A DNA stretch of 45,085 bases from Candidatus Sysuimicrobiota bacterium (GCA_040289515.1 PSLI01000014.1:1-45085); one strand, 5' to 3'; positions 25,725 through 36,864 are shown, counted from the stretch's first letter. Notes: generated by a model from the letters alone, not told the origin. A program made the numbers and translations.

Positions 25725-25754
25725 CATGGTATCGCTCCCGTTGGACCTTTCCAA
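25725..25754 (-). promoter_or_regulatory. Putative promoter TTGGAA-N17-TACCAT for mat, with an inverted repeat GTTGGA-N4-TCCAAC over the -35
   Basis: Spacing read directly from the sequence; inverted repeat at 25740-25755. Confidence 0.45.
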
Positions 25755-25756
25755 CC

Positions 25757-26413
25757 CTACCAGCGGCGCCGGCGGACGAACCACCGCACCAGCACCACCC
25801 CGGCCACGAACCCGCCCACGTGGGCCCAGAAGGCCACCCCGCCCGCCTGCGTGGACACACCCAAGGAGGCGACCCCGTACAGGAGCTGCAGGACAAACCA
25901 CAGCGGCAAAAACAGCATGGCGGGCACCTCCGCCAGCTGGGTGAAGAACCCCATGGGGACCAGGGCCAGGATGCGGGCGCGGGGGAACAACACCAGGTAG
26001 GCACCCAGCACCCCGGCGATGGCGCCGCTGGCGCCCACCATGGGAACGGGGGAGTCCGGCTGGAAGGCCACCTGCAGCCCCGCGGCCGCGAGCCCGCACA
26101 GCAGGTAGAAGACGGCGAAACGCCCGTGACCCATCGCGTCCTCCACGTTGTTGCCGAAGATCCACAGGTACAGGAGGTTGCCCAGCAGGTGCAGCCAGCC
26201 GCCGTGCAGGAACATGGAGGTAACCAGGGTGTAGATGGGTGGCTCCGGCCCCAGCAGGCGCGCGGGGACCATGCCGAAGGTATTGAAGAAGGCCACTAGC
26301 TCCCCGCGGGTCAGGCGGAGCTCGTACAGGAACACCAGGACGGAGAGGAACAGGATGGCCAGCATCACCACCGGCGTCCGCCGGGCGGGGATGTTGTCGC
26401 GCAGGGGGATCAA
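25757..26413 (-). CDS. Rhomboid family intramembrane serine protease
   Basis: MIPLRDNIP, TSMFLHGGWLHLLGN, FGNNVED, VGASGAI (catalytic Ser), AFWAHVGGF (catalytic His). Confidence 0.95.
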   Translation of the reverse strand: MIPLRDNIPARRTPVVMLAILFLSVLVFLYELRLTRGELVAFFNTFGMVPARLLGPEPPIYTLVTSMFLHGGWLHLLGNLLYLWIFGNNVEDAMGHGRFAVFYLLCGLAAAGLQVAFQPDSPVPMVGASGAIAGVLGAYLVLFPRARILALVPMGFFTQLAEVPAMLFLPLWFVLQLLYGVASLGVSTQAGGVAFWAHVGGFVAGVVLVRWFVRRRRW

Positions 26414-26431
26414 GGACAGGCCTCCGGTACC

Positions 26432-27088
26432 CTACGAGGCCCACGAGGCGGACTGGACACCCTCCAGGTCCGCCACCGCCAGCAAAATCTCCTCCCGGTT
26501 GGCATGGGGGGGCAGCCGCACGCCCAGGTGAAGGCTTACCTTCCCGTCCCCGCCCGCCTCCATCTCCACGCTCTCGATGTTGGCCTTGTGCTTTCCCAGC
26601 AGGGTCCCCAGCACGCCCAGCTGTCCGGGCCGGTCCACCATGGTAACGGCCAGCACCCCGAGGCCCGCGGCCCGGCGGGGCAGCCGCCGTTCCACGCGCG
26701 GGAACAGGTACAGGACCGCCCACGCCAAGCCGGTGGCCAGCAGGGCTACCAGATAGAAGCCGCTGCCCACCGCGGTGCCGATGGCGGCCACGATCCAAAG
26801 GCTGGCGGCGGTGGTGATCCCTCCCACACCCGTGGGGTGGCGCCAGATGGTGCCCGCACCGATGAACCCGATGCCCACCACGATGTTGGAGGCAATGCGG
26901 GCGGGGTCCGCGCCGCTGCCGAAGAACCCGTACAGGCTGATGAGGGTAAAGGTGGCCGCGCCCAAAGCCACCAGGATGTGGGTGCGGAATCCTGCGGGCT
27001 TCTCCAGCACCTCTCGCTCCAGGCCAATGACACCGCCCAGGATCACCGCCAGTACCAACCGCAGCACCAATTCCCAGGGTTGCAGCAC
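26432..27088 (-). CDS. MgtC/SapB family protein with a C-terminal ACT domain
   Basis: GGVIGLERE...PAGFRTHILVALGA, DPARIA, GIGFIGAGTI, TTAASLW; DRPGQLG ACT motif. Confidence 0.9.
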   Translation of the reverse strand: MLQPWELVLRLVLAVILGGVIGLEREVLEKPAGFRTHILVALGAATFTLISLYGFFGSGADPARIASNIVVGIGFIGAGTIWRHPTGVGGITTAASLWIVAAIGTAVGSGFYLVALLATGLAWAVLYLFPRVERRLPRRAAGLGVLAVTMVDRPGQLGVLGTLLGKHKANIESVEMEAGGDGKVSLHLGVRLPPHANREEILLAVADLEGVQSASWAS

Positions 27089-27104
27089 GGAGGATGCGCC
27101 CCCG

Positions 27105-28142
27105 TTAGAAGTTCCGGTCGCCCACCCATCGTAGGATGTCGCGGTACGTGAGGGCAAGGACCAGCAGCAGGAGCAGGGCGAAGCCCACCAGGTGCACGTA
27201 GCCCTCCCGGCGCGGGTCCACCGCACGGCGGCGCAGTGCCTCCACCAGCAGGAAGCTCAGCCGGCCGCCGTCCAGGGCCGGCAGGGGCAGCAGGTTAAAT
27301 AGACCGATCATCACGCTGAGGAAGGCGGCGGTGAACAGGTAGGAGTCAAAGCCCGCCTGCGCGGCATCCCCCAGCAGCCGCACCGCTCCCACGGGCCCCG
27401 CCAGCTCGCCCAGCACGTCCCCGGAGCGCACAAGGCGCGCAACCCCCAACACCATCTCCCGCATGGAGCGAGCGGTGTGCTGCAGACCCCACAGCAGGGC
27501 CCGCAGCAGGGGCAGCCGCTCCCGCTGCACCGCGGGCGTGATGCCCGTGATCCCCACGCCCAGGCGGGGGTCCAGGCGCGGGGTCACGGTCACCTCGAAC
27601 TGGGCACCGGCCCGGTCCACCCGCAGCCGGAGGGGCTTGCCAGCGCTGCGGTGGATGGTGCGTACCATGGTCTGTCCGTCGGGCAGGGGCACGCCGTCGA
27701 TGGCCACGATGCGGTCCCCGGGCCGGATCCCCGCGTCCGCGGCGGGCCAGCCCGGCCGCACGGCGGCTACCTCCGTGGTTGCCCGGCGCGGCAGCCCGTA
27801 CGCGGAGGCAGCTGCGGCCGCCAGCAGTACCGACAGCAGCACGTTCATGGCCGGTCCCGCGGCCACCACGGCGATACGAACCCACACACCCTTGCTTCGG
27901 AAGGCGTCGGACCCGGCCTCCTCGTCCAGGTCCTCGCCAGCCAGCCGGACGTAACCACCCAGGGGGAACAGGTTGAGCCGGTACTCCGTGCCGTGCCACC
28001 GCCAGCCGGCCAGGACGGGGCCAAAGCCCATTGCGAACACTCGTACGCCTACCCCCGCCACCCTCGCCACCAGGAAGTGGCCCAGCTCGTGGGCCAGGAT
28101 CATGAGGCCGAAAGCGACTGCGGCCAGCACCAACGGCATCAC
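27105..28142 (-). CDS. rseP: RIP metalloprotease RseP (M50) with PDZ domain
   Basis: HELGH, PLGGYV, AGPAMN, FNLLPLPALDGG; follows dxr. Confidence 0.93.
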   Translation of the reverse strand: MMPLVLAAVAFGLMILAHELGHFLVARVAGVGVRVFAMGFGPVLAGWRWHGTEYRLNLFPLGGYVRLAGEDLDEEAGSDAFRSKGVWVRIAVVAAGPAMNVLLSVLLAAAAASAYGLPRRATTEVAAVRPGWPAADAGIRPGDRIVAIDGVPLPDGQTMVRTIHRSAGKPLRLRVDRAGAQFEVTVTPRLDPRLGVGITGITPAVQRERLPLLRALLWGLQHTARSMREMVLGVARLVRSGDVLGELAGPVGAVRLLGDAAQAGFDSYLFTAAFLSVMIGLFNLLPLPALDGGRLSFLLVEALRRRAVDPRREGYVHLVGFALLLLLVLALTYRDILRWVGDRNF

Positions 28143-29293
28143 AGGCTCCTTGCCAGCGCCCGCGCCCAGCGGTCCGCCTCCAGGATCTCTTTCAGGGTGG
28201 GACGGACGCGGGGCTCGTGCAAGTCCATGATCTCCCGTACCAGACGGGGAATCCGGCCGAAGGGCATTTCCCCTTCCAGGAACCTCTGTACCGCCACCTC
28301 GTTGGCGGCGTTCAGCACCGCGGGCAGGGTCCCGCCCACCGCGAGGGCCTCGTACGCGTAGCCCAGGCAGGGGAAACGGCGCAGGTCGGGCGGCTCGAAG
28401 GTGAGGGAAAAAGTCGCCGTCCAGTCCAGTCGGCCGAACCCGGGCGGTACGCGGTCGCCACCCAAGAGCGCGTACTGGATGAACAGGCGCATGTCGGGCC
28501 GGCTGAGGTGGGCGAGGGTGGATCCGTCCACGAACTCCACCAGCCCGTGAACCACACTCTGCGGGTGGATCACCACGTGGATGCGTTCCGGCGGCAGGTC
28601 AAACAGCCAGTGCGCCTCGATCACCTCCAGGGCCTTGTTCATGAGGGTCGCAGAGTCCACGGTGATTTTCCGCCCCATACGCCAGGTGGGGTGCTGCAGG
28701 GCCTCCTCCGGGGTGGCTGATTCCAGGGACTCCAGGGACCGGCGCAGAAACGGGCCGCCGGAGGCCGTGAGCACGATGCGGCTCACGCGTTGCCGGCTTT
28801 CGCCGCGGAGGCACTGGTAGATGGCGCTGTGCTCCCCGTCCACGGGCATGATGCGCACCCCTTTTGCCTGCGCGTGCTGACGCACCAGCGCGCCCGCGGC
28901 CACCAGGGTCTCCTTGTTGGCCAGGGCCAGCTCCTTGCCCGCGTCGATGGCCGCCAAGCTGGGCAGCAGCCCCGCCACCCCCACCACCGCCACCAGCACT
29001 ACGTCCGCGGAAGGCCAGCGCGCCAGCTGTCCCAGCGCCGCAGGACCCACCAGCAGCTCCCCCGGCCAGCCCGCGGCCCGCTCGCGGAACTCGCCGGCCG
29101 CCTCAGGGTCCGCCAGAGCTACCGCCTCCGGATTCCACCGCAGGGCCTGCTGCGCGAGGGTGGCGGCGTCCCGCTGCGCGGCCAGCCCCACCACCCGCAC
29201 GCAGCCACCTAGGCGCTCGGCCACCTCCAGAGCCTGCCGTCCGATGGAACCGGTGCTGCCCAAGATCACCGCCCGCCGCGGAGCGTCCGTCAC
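28139..29293 (-). CDS. dxr: 1-deoxy-D-xylulose-5-phosphate reductoisomerase
   Basis: ILGSTGSIG, LALANKETLV, PVDGEHSAI, LTASGGPF, HPTWRMGRKITVDSATLMNK.LE, LNAANEVAV. Confidence 0.96.
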   Translation of the reverse strand: MTDAPRRAVILGSTGSIGRQALEVAERLGGCVRVVGLAAQRDAATLAQQALRWNPEAVALADPEAAGEFRERAAGWPGELLVGPAALGQLARWPSADVVLVAVVGVAGLLPSLAAIDAGKELALANKETLVAAGALVRQHAQAKGVRIMPVDGEHSAIYQCLRGESRQRVSRIVLTASGGPFLRRSLESLESATPEEALQHPTWRMGRKITVDSATLMNKALEVIEAHWLFDLPPERIHVVIHPQSVVHGLVEFVDGSTLAHLSRPDMRLFIQYALLGGDRVPPGFGRLDWTATFSLTFEPPDLRRFPCLGYAYEALAVGGTLPAVLNAANEVAVQRFLEGEMPFGRIPRLVREIMDLHEPRVRPTLKEILEADRWARALARSL

Positions 29294-30078
29294 CGCGCAC
29301 CCGTCCACACCGCGAACACGTAGTACGCCACGACCCCGCTGAACAACAGCCCGTCGAACCGGTCCAGGACGCCGCCGTGCCCAGGTACCACCCAGCCCGA
29401 GTCCTTGGCCTGCGCCTCCCGTTTCAGCGCGGACTCCCACAGGTCGCCCAGCTGGCCGCTGAGGGTGCACACAAGCCCCCCCACCATCACCCACAGCACG
29501 GGCAGCCCGAAGTACGCGCCCGCCGCCCCCGCGCCCACCAGCCCCCCGAAAACCCCACCCAGGGCTCCCTCCACGGTTTTGTTGGGACTTAGCTGCGGTG
29601 CCAGTTTGCGCCGGCCTAGCCAGCGCCCAACAAAGTACGCCGCGCTGTCCGCACACCAGGTGCTCGCCAGGACCAGAAAGGTGACCGCCATGCCCTCGGG
29701 CAGCTGGCGCAGCAGCACCCAGTGGGCGCCGAACAACCCCACGTACACCGTTCCCAAAGCCGCACCCGCGGCGTTGGCCAGCGGCCGGCCGCGGCGGCTG
29801 CAAAGCTCCGCCACCATAGCCGCCAGCACCACCAGGGAGACGGCGGCCAGGGCCCAGGGCGAGCCCGCCTGCGCGGCCAGGGGAAGGGCTCCGGCTCCCA
29901 GGGTTCCCAGCAACCATGAGGGGCTGTAGCCCGCGCGGTACGACAGATGGTAAAATTCCCAGGCACCCACCGCCACCACGGCCCCCGCCACGGCGGCCAT
30001 GGCCCAGCCACCGGCCCACACCGTCACCACCGCCACGGGGATCCCCACCGCGGCGGTCGCCAGCCGCCTACCCAGCAT
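29290..30078 (-). CDS. cdsA: Phosphatidate cytidylyltransferase
   Basis: DSAAYFVG, LSPNKTVEG, GDLWESALKR...KDSG..VPGHGGVLDRFD. Confidence 0.96.
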   Translation of the reverse strand: MLGRRLATAAVGIPVAVVTVWAGGWAMAAVAGAVVAVGAWEFYHLSYRAGYSPSWLLGTLGAGALPLAAQAGSPWALAAVSLVVLAAMVAELCSRRGRPLANAAGAALGTVYVGLFGAHWVLLRQLPEGMAVTFLVLASTWCADSAAYFVGRWLGRRKLAPQLSPNKTVEGALGGVFGGLVGAGAAGAYFGLPVLWVMVGGLVCTLSGQLGDLWESALKREAQAKDSGWVVPGHGGVLDRFDGLLFSGVVAYYVFAVWTGAR

Positions 30079-30862
30079 CCAGCCCTCCGAACCGGCGCAC
30101 ACGGCCCTGGTAGTCCCGCAGGGCCTCCAGCAAGACGTGCCGGTCGAAGTCCGGCCAGAGCACCTCCGTGAAGTACAGCTCCGCGTAGGCGGACTGCCAC
30201 ACCAGGAAGTTGCTCAGCCGCCGTTCCCCCGCGGTGCGGATGATCAGGTCGGGGTCCGGCAGCGGGTGGGTTTGCAGGTGGCTCGCCAGATCCCCCTCGC
30301 CGATGCTCTCCGGACACACCTCTCCCCGCAAAACGGCCGCGGCCAGGGCGCGGGCCGCCTGCACAATCTCCGCTCTGCCGCCGTAGTTTAGAGCGCCCAC
30401 CAGGTGCAGGGTTTCGTTACCCCGGGTGGTCTCCTCCGCGTACCGGATGGCTTCCTGCAGGCTGGGGGGGAACTCGGACCGGTCGCCGATGACGTGCACC
30501 CGCACCCCCTTTCTGGCCAGCTCCGGGGTCTCCTCCCACAGGACCTGCTCGTACAGCTCGCACAGGGCTTGCACTTCGTCGCGAGGCCTGCGCCAGTTCT
30601 CCGTGCTGAAGGCAAACAGGGTGAGCACCCGGATCCCCAGCTCCGCCGCCGCCTCCACTGTCCGGCGGATGGCCGCGCGGCCCGCCCGGTGGCCTTCCAC
30701 CCGGGGCAGGCCACGGCGCGTGGCCCACCGGCCGTTGCCGTCCATGATGATGGCTACGTGCACGGGAAGCCGGGCGGGGTCCAGCCCCAACGCACGGAGG
30801 GCTTCCTCGTCCAGGCGTTGGGGCGGGGACGAGGAGTTCTCCACGGAGGCTCGGACGGTCAC
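30068..30862 (-). CDS. uppS: Undecaprenyl diphosphate synthase
   Basis: HVAIIMDGNGRWA, FSTENWRRP, LNYGGR, DPDLIIRTAGERRLSNFL.WQ.AYAE. Confidence 0.96.
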   Translation of the reverse strand: MTVRASVENSSSPPQRLDEEALRALGLDPARLPVHVAIIMDGNGRWATRRGLPRVEGHRAGRAAIRRTVEAAAELGIRVLTLFAFSTENWRRPRDEVQALCELYEQVLWEETPELARKGVRVHVIGDRSEFPPSLQEAIRYAEETTRGNETLHLVGALNYGGRAEIVQAARALAAAVLRGEVCPESIGEGDLASHLQTHPLPDPDLIIRTAGERRLSNFLVWQSAYAELYFTEVLWPDFDRHVLLEALRDYQGRVRRFGGLDAG

Positions 30863-30865
30863 CGG

Positions 30866-31105
30866 TCAGCCGCCGGGCTGCCTGGAGGGGGCTGCGCCAT
30901 GGGCAGGCACGTAGCGCTCCCACACCACCAGCAGCTCCACCTCACCCGCCGCGGTGGTCCTCTGACGCACCACCCGCTGCACCTCCCCCGCGGCAACCTT
31001 CCGAGGTGGGGAGGTGGTCCGTACCCGGGCAACAAGGCCCGCCTCCTGCAGGGCCTGCAGGGCTTCCTCCAGGCGCAGGGCCACCACGTCCGGCGGGGCG
31101 CCCAT
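30866..31105 (-). CDS. Small PASTA-like protein (79 aa)
   Basis: ATG overlaps the frr TGA; PDVVALRLEEALQALQEAGL...VVRQ resembles a single PASTA repeat; fills the frr-uppS gap. Confidence 0.65.
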   Translation of the reverse strand: MGAPPDVVALRLEEALQALQEAGLVARVRTTSPPRKVAAGEVQRVVRQRTTAAGEVELLVVWERYVPAHGAAPSRQPGG

Positions 31106-31662
31106 CACACCTCCAGGATCTCGGCTTCCTTTTTCTGCAGGAGCGCGTCGATCTCCGCGATGAACCGGTCGGTGAGCTTCTGCAGCTCCTCCTGGGCCCG
31201 GTGCAGCTCGTCCTCGGAGATCTCTCGCGCCTCTTCCAGTTCCTCCAGGGTCTGTCGGGCTTCCCGGCGGACGTTGCGCACCGCCACCCGGCCTTCCTCC
31301 GCATGCTTGCGGGCCACCCGCACCAGCTCCCGTCGCCGCTCCTCCGTGAGGGGCGGGATGGGGACCCGCAAGACCACTCCATCCGAGCTGGGCACCAGCC
31401 CCAGCTCGCTCTGCAGGATGGCCTTTTCGATGGCCTTGGTGGCGTTGCGGTCCCACGGCTGCACCACCAACAACCGCGGCTCGAGGACGGAGATGGTGGC
31501 CAGCTGGTTGAGTGGCACCTGGGTCCCGTAGTACTCGACCTTGATGTGCTCCAGCAGGGCCGGGCTGGCCCGGCCGGTGCGCAGGCTGCCCAGCTCCCGG
31601 GCTGTGGCCTCCACCGCCTTTTGCATCCGCGCGCGTGCGTCGTTGAGCACGTCCTGGATCAT
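31105..31662 (-). CDS. frr: Ribosome recycling factor
   Basis: LRTGRASP, V.YYG, PPLTEERR, VAVRNVRR, KKEAEI; ATG after GGAGG. Confidence 0.97.
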   Translation of the reverse strand: MIQDVLNDARARMQKAVEATARELGSLRTGRASPALLEHIKVEYYGTQVPLNQLATISVLEPRLLVVQPWDRNATKAIEKAILQSELGLVPSSDGVVLRVPIPPLTEERRRELVRVARKHAEEGRVAVRNVRREARQTLEELEEAREISEDELHRAQEELQKLTDRFIAEIDALLQKKEAEILEV

Positions 31663-32387
31663 GGCGCACCTCCGATCAGGGTGCCCACATGCTCGCCCCG
31701 CACGATGCGCTTCAGATTCCCCGGCTCCTGCAGGTTGAACACCCAGATGTCCAGGCCGTTGTCCATGCACAAAGACACCGTGGTGGTATCCATCACCTGC
31801 AGCCCGCGGTTGATGTACTCCAGGTAGGTGAGACGGTCGAACATGATGGCGTCCCGGTGCACCCGGGGATCCTTGTCGAACACCCCCGGGACCCGGTTCT
31901 TGGCCATGAGCACCGCCCCCGCCTCGATCTCGATGGCCCGCAGGGCCGCGGTGGTGTCCGTGGTGAAGTACGGGCTACCCGTGCCGGCGGCAAACAGCAC
32001 CACGCGTCCCTTTTCCAGATGCCGGATGGCCCGGCGGCGGATGAAGGGCTCCGCGATCTGGTGCATGGCGATGGCGGTCTGAACCCGGGTCTCCAGGCCG
32101 TGGCTCTCCAGCACCTCCTGCAGGGCCAGGGCGTTGATCACCGTGGCCAGCATGCCCATGTAGTCCGCGGTGACCTTGTCGATGCCCAGCAGGCGGCTCA
32201 TCTCCGAACCCCGGACGATGTTCCCCCCGCCCACCACCAGGGCCACCTGCACGCCCAGCTCGTGCACCGCGCGGACCTCCCGCGCCACCACCCGCAGGAC
32301 GTCGGGGTCCACGATCAAACGCCCGTCCCCGCTCAGCTCCTCCCCGCTGAGCTTCAGGACGATCCGCCCGTACCGAAGCCCCGCCAC
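31659..32387 (-). CDS. pyrH: Uridylate kinase
   Basis: IVLKLSGE, VVGGGNI.RG, ADYMGMLATVINAL, PYFTTDT.AALRA.EI. Confidence 0.97.
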   Translation of the reverse strand: MAGLRYGRIVLKLSGEELSGDGRLIVDPDVLRVVAREVRAVHELGVQVALVVGGGNIVRGSEMSRLLGIDKVTADYMGMLATVINALALQEVLESHGLETRVQTAIAMHQIAEPFIRRRAIRHLEKGRVVLFAAGTGSPYFTTDTTAALRAIEIEAGAVLMAKNRVPGVFDKDPRVHRDAIMFDRLTYLEYINRGLQVMDTTTVSLCMDNGLDIWVFNLQEPGNLKRIVRGEHVGTLIGGAP

Positions 32388-32424
32388 GCCGTCCCGCCGC
32401 GTGCCGGTCGGGAGGCCCTGCCCG

Positions 32425-33030
32425 CTAGCTCGCCTCGCCCAGCTTGAAGCGGGCGAACCGGCGGACCACGATGTTCTCCCCCGTGCGGGCCGCCACCTCC
32501 GCGATCCGGTCGCGCACGCGCCTGCTTTCATCCCGGATAAAGGGCTGCTCCAGGAGCACCACTTCCTCCAGCCACTTGGCCAGCTTGCCCTCCACCGCCC
32601 GCTCCACGGCCGCCGGGGGCTTCCCCGCCAGCTGGCTGGTTAGCTGCGCCCGGGCGATTTCCCGCTCCCGCTCCAGCTCCTCGGGGGGGACGTCCTCCCG
32701 GCGCACGTACCGCGGGTCCCGGGCCGCGATCTGCAGCGCCAGGTCCCGCACCAGCTGCCGGAACTCCTCCGTGCGGGCCACGAAGTCCGTCTCGCAGTTC
32801 ACCTCCACCAGGACCCCCAGAGTCCCGCCCCCGTGGATGTAAGCGTCCACCAGACCCTGAGTGGCCACGCGGCCCGCCCGCTTGGCTGCCTGCGTCAGCC
32901 CCCGCTTGCGCAGCAGCTCCACCGCCTTTTCCAGGTCTCCCCCTGCTTCCTCCAGGGCACCCTTGCAGTCCATCATGCCGGCACCCGTGCGGGCCCGCAG
33001 CTCCTTCACCAGCTCCAGACTCACCGCCAT
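32425..33030 (-). CDS. tsf: Elongation factor Ts (short form, about 200 aa)
   Basis: VKELRARTGAGMMDCK.AL, VEVNCETDFVAR, GENIVVRRFARF. Confidence 0.97.
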   Translation of the reverse strand: MAVSLELVKELRARTGAGMMDCKGALEEAGGDLEKAVELLRKRGLTQAAKRAGRVATQGLVDAYIHGGGTLGVLVEVNCETDFVARTEEFRQLVRDLALQIAARDPRYVRREDVPPEELEREREIARAQLTSQLAGKPPAAVERAVEGKLAKWLEEVVLLEQPFIRDESRRVRDRIAEVAARTGENIVVRRFARFKLGEAS

Positions 33031-33867
33031 CTAGACCTCCACGTCCTCCTCCTCGTCGTACGCCTCGTAGGCCACTTCCTCCATCCCCAGCTCCTCCGGC
33101 TCGGGCTTCTCCGCCTCCGCGGCCGCCTCCGGGGCGGAGGTGGGCAGGGGCTCTGTGGGCAGCTCCTCGCCCACCCGCTTGCGCCGCTCCTCCAGCCCCT
33201 CCAAACAGGCGTCCGCGATGCGGCTGGTCACCAGCCGCACCGCCCGGATGGCATCGTCGTTGCCGGGGATGGGGTAGTCGATCTCGTCGGGGTCGCAGTT
33301 GGTGTCCACGATGGCCACCAGGGGGATCCGCAGCTTCCGCGCCTCCAGCACCGCGATACGCTCCTTCCGGGTGTCCACCACGTACACCGCGGAGGGAAGG
33401 CGGTTCATGTTCTTGATCCCGCCCAAGTACTTCTCCAGGCGGCTCAGCTCGTCCAGAACCTTCGCCTGCTCCTTCTTTGGCAGCAGGTCCAGCTGACCCG
33501 TGTCCCGCAGCTGCTCGATCTCCCGGAGCCGGTCCACCCGCTTGCGGATGGTGTGGAAGTTGGTGAGCATCCCGCCCAGCCACCGCTGGCTCACGTAGGG
33601 CATCCCCGCCCGCTGGGCCTCCTCCCGGATGGCGTCCTGAGCCTGCTTTTTCGTTCCCACGAAGAGCACCAGCCCGCCCTCCGCCACCGTGTCCCGCACA
33701 AAGCGGTAGGCCTCCTCGAACAGGGGGACGGACTTCTGCAGGTCAATGATGTGGATGCCGTTGCGCTCCGTGAAGATGAAGCGGGCCATCTTGGGGTTCC
33801 ACCGGCGGGTCTGGTGCCCGAAGTGGACCCCCGCCTCCAGCAGCTGCTTCATGGTGACGACCGGCAC
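33031..33867 (-). CDS. rpsB: 30S ribosomal protein S2
   Basis: [48 protein letters not shown]; acidic tail. Confidence 0.98.
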   Translation of the reverse strand: MPVVTMKQLLEAGVHFGHQTRRWNPKMARFIFTERNGIHIIDLQKSVPLFEEAYRFVRDTVAEGGLVLFVGTKKQAQDAIREEAQRAGMPYVSQRWLGGMLTNFHTIRKRVDRLREIEQLRDTGQLDLLPKKEQAKVLDELSRLEKYLGGIKNMNRLPSAVYVVDTRKERIAVLEARKLRIPLVAIVDTNCDPDEIDYPIPGNDDAIRAVRLVTSRIADACLEGLEERRKRVGEELPTEPLPTSAPEAAAEAEKPEPEELGMEEVAYEAYDEEEDVEV

Positions 33868-33992
33868 GGAAAAAACCCTCCCGGTTGGCCTCCGCCCGCC
33901 CTCCCCATCAAGGGACCGGAACCCGGGCCGCAGGGCGGCCGGGGACGGACGTGCAACAGTGCGCGGCAGCCCGCGCCCGCCGTAGTATACCA
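33868..33992 (-). promoter_or_regulatory. rpsB promoter (TGgTATACT at 33992-33984) and a structured leader of about 110 nt, probably the S2 autoregulatory leader
   Basis: Extended -10 followed by a GC-rich leader ending GGAGGCCAACCGGGAGG; the S2 leader assignment rests mainly on position. Confidence 0.55.
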
Positions 33993-34008
33993 CAGCCTCC
34001 CAAAAGGC

Positions 34009-35406
<1,398 letters not shown>

Positions 35407-35408
35407 GG

Positions 35409-35930
35409 TTACAGGGTCTCCACCACGATGCGGTCGTTGGTAAAGATGCAGATCTCCGCGGCGATGCGCAGCGCCTCGCGGACCACCGCGTCCACGGGCA
35501 GCTCCGTGTGGCGCAGCAGGGCCCGCGCGGCGGCCACGGCGTACGGGCCACCGCTGCCCGCACCCACCACCCCGTCGTCGGGCTCCACCACGTCCCCGCT
35601 GCCCGACACCAACAGCAGGTGCTCCCGGTCGCACACCAGGAGCACCGCTTCCAGGCGGCGCAGGCTGCGGTCCGTGCGCCAGTCCTTCGCCAGGGCCACC
35701 GCGGCCCGGGGGAGGTTACCCCGGCACTCACCCAGCTTGGCCTCGAACCGCTCGAACAGGGTCAGCCCGTCCGCGGCACTGCCCGCGAACCCCGCTAGGA
35801 TCCCGTCCCCGATGCGCCGCACCTTGCTGGCCCCGTGCTTGAGGACGGTCTGACCCACGGTCACCTGGCCGTCGGATCCCATGGCCGCCCGGCCGTCCCG
35901 CAGCACCGCCAGAACCGTGGTGTGCACCAA
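35409..35930 (-). CDS. hslV: ATP-dependent protease subunit HslV
   Basis: HTTVLAV (N-terminal Thr nucleophile), [39 protein letters not shown]. Confidence 0.96.
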   Translation of the reverse strand: MVHTTVLAVLRDGRAAMGSDGQVTVGQTVLKHGASKVRRIGDGILAGFAGSAADGLTLFERFEAKLGECRGNLPRAAVALAKDWRTDRSLRRLEAVLLVCDREHLLLVSGSGDVVEPDDGVVGAGSGGPYAVAAARALLRHTELPVDAVVREALRIAAEICIFTNDRIVVETL

Positions 35931-35976
35931 CGCGGTCCTCCCACTTGGGAAGTCTAACGGTTCCCGGGCAGGGACA

Positions 35977-36864
35977 CTACGCCCGGGGGTGGGCGCGGTC
36001 GTACACCTCCTTGAGCCGCGCCCGGGTGGTGTGGGTGTACACCTGGGTGGTCTGCAGGCTTCGGTGGCCCAACAGCTCCTGCACCACCCGGAGGTCGGCT
36101 CCGCCGTCCAGGAGGTGGGTGGCGAAGGTGTGCCGCAGGGTGTGGGGCGTGACCCGCAGGGACCCAAGGCGCGCCCGGGCGTACCGCTGCACCACCTGCT
36201 GGGCCCCGCGGGAGGTGAGGGGGCGGCCGGATCGGTTCACGAAGAGCGCCTTCACGCCCGGCGGCGCCAGCAGGGGTCTGGCCCGCCGCAGGTACGCGTC
36301 CAGGGCTGCTCGGGCCGCCCGGGTCAACAGAACCACCCGCTCCCGGTCCCCCTTACCCACCACCCGCAACGCACGCCCCTCGGCGACCTCGTGGGCCTGC
36401 AAGGACAGGGCCTCCTGCAGCCGCAGGCCCGAGCCGTACAGCAGCTCCAGCAGGGCGCGGTCCCGCAGCCCCAGGGGCGTGGAGGGGTCAGGAGCCTGCA
36501 CCAGCGCGCGCACCTGGGAGGGGCTCAAAAACCCGGGCAGCCGGCGGGGCCGGCGGGGTGGCCGCACGTCCCGGAAGGGGTTGGCGGCCACCCGTCCGGT
36601 GCGCACCAGGTAACGGAACAGTTGGCGCAGGGCGCTCAGCCTGCGGGCCACGGTGGCCCGGGCCCGGGCAGCAGCCAGCCGCACCAAATAACGTCGGGCA
36701 CAGGCCACGTCCACCTGGTCCCAGCCCTCGATCCTTTGGGAGGCTAAGAAGTCCAGAAAGTGGTGGGCGTCCCGGGCGTACGCGTCCAGGGTACGGCTTG
36801 AGGCGCCGCGCTCTGCCTGTAGGATCCTCAAGAAGGCGCGGACGTCCTGTGCCAGCGCCCTCAG
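35977..36864 (-). CDS. xerC: Tyrosine recombinase XerC/XerD family; start uncertain (probably CTG)
   Basis: [58 protein letters not shown]; topA-xer-hslVU synteny. Confidence 0.9.
   Translation of the reverse strand: MRALAQDVRAFLRILQAERGASSRTLDAYARDAHHFLDFLASQRIEGWDQVDVACARRYLVRLAAARARATVARRLSALRQLFRYLVRTGRVAANPFRDVRPPRRPRRLPGFLSPSQVRALVQAPDPSTPLGLRDRALLELLYGSGLRLQEALSLQAHEVAEGRALRVVGKGDRERVVLLTRAARAALDAYLRRARPLLAPPGVKALFVNRSGRPLTSRGAQQVVQRYARARLGSLRVTPHTLRHTFATHLLDGGADLRVVQELLGHRSLQTTQVYTHTTRARLKEVYDRAHPRA

Noticed and set aside
25653..25725. Canonical SAM-I riboswitch
   Set aside because: Lacks the AUCnAGAG, GAGGGA kink-turn and GGUGCnAA elements; kept only as a candidate variant.
24450..26798. 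Long N-terminal extensions in the ORF track (mat; likewise dxr, mlaF, panE, hslU, the permease)
   Set aside because: They overlap other real genes; RBS-supported internal starts match the family N-termini.
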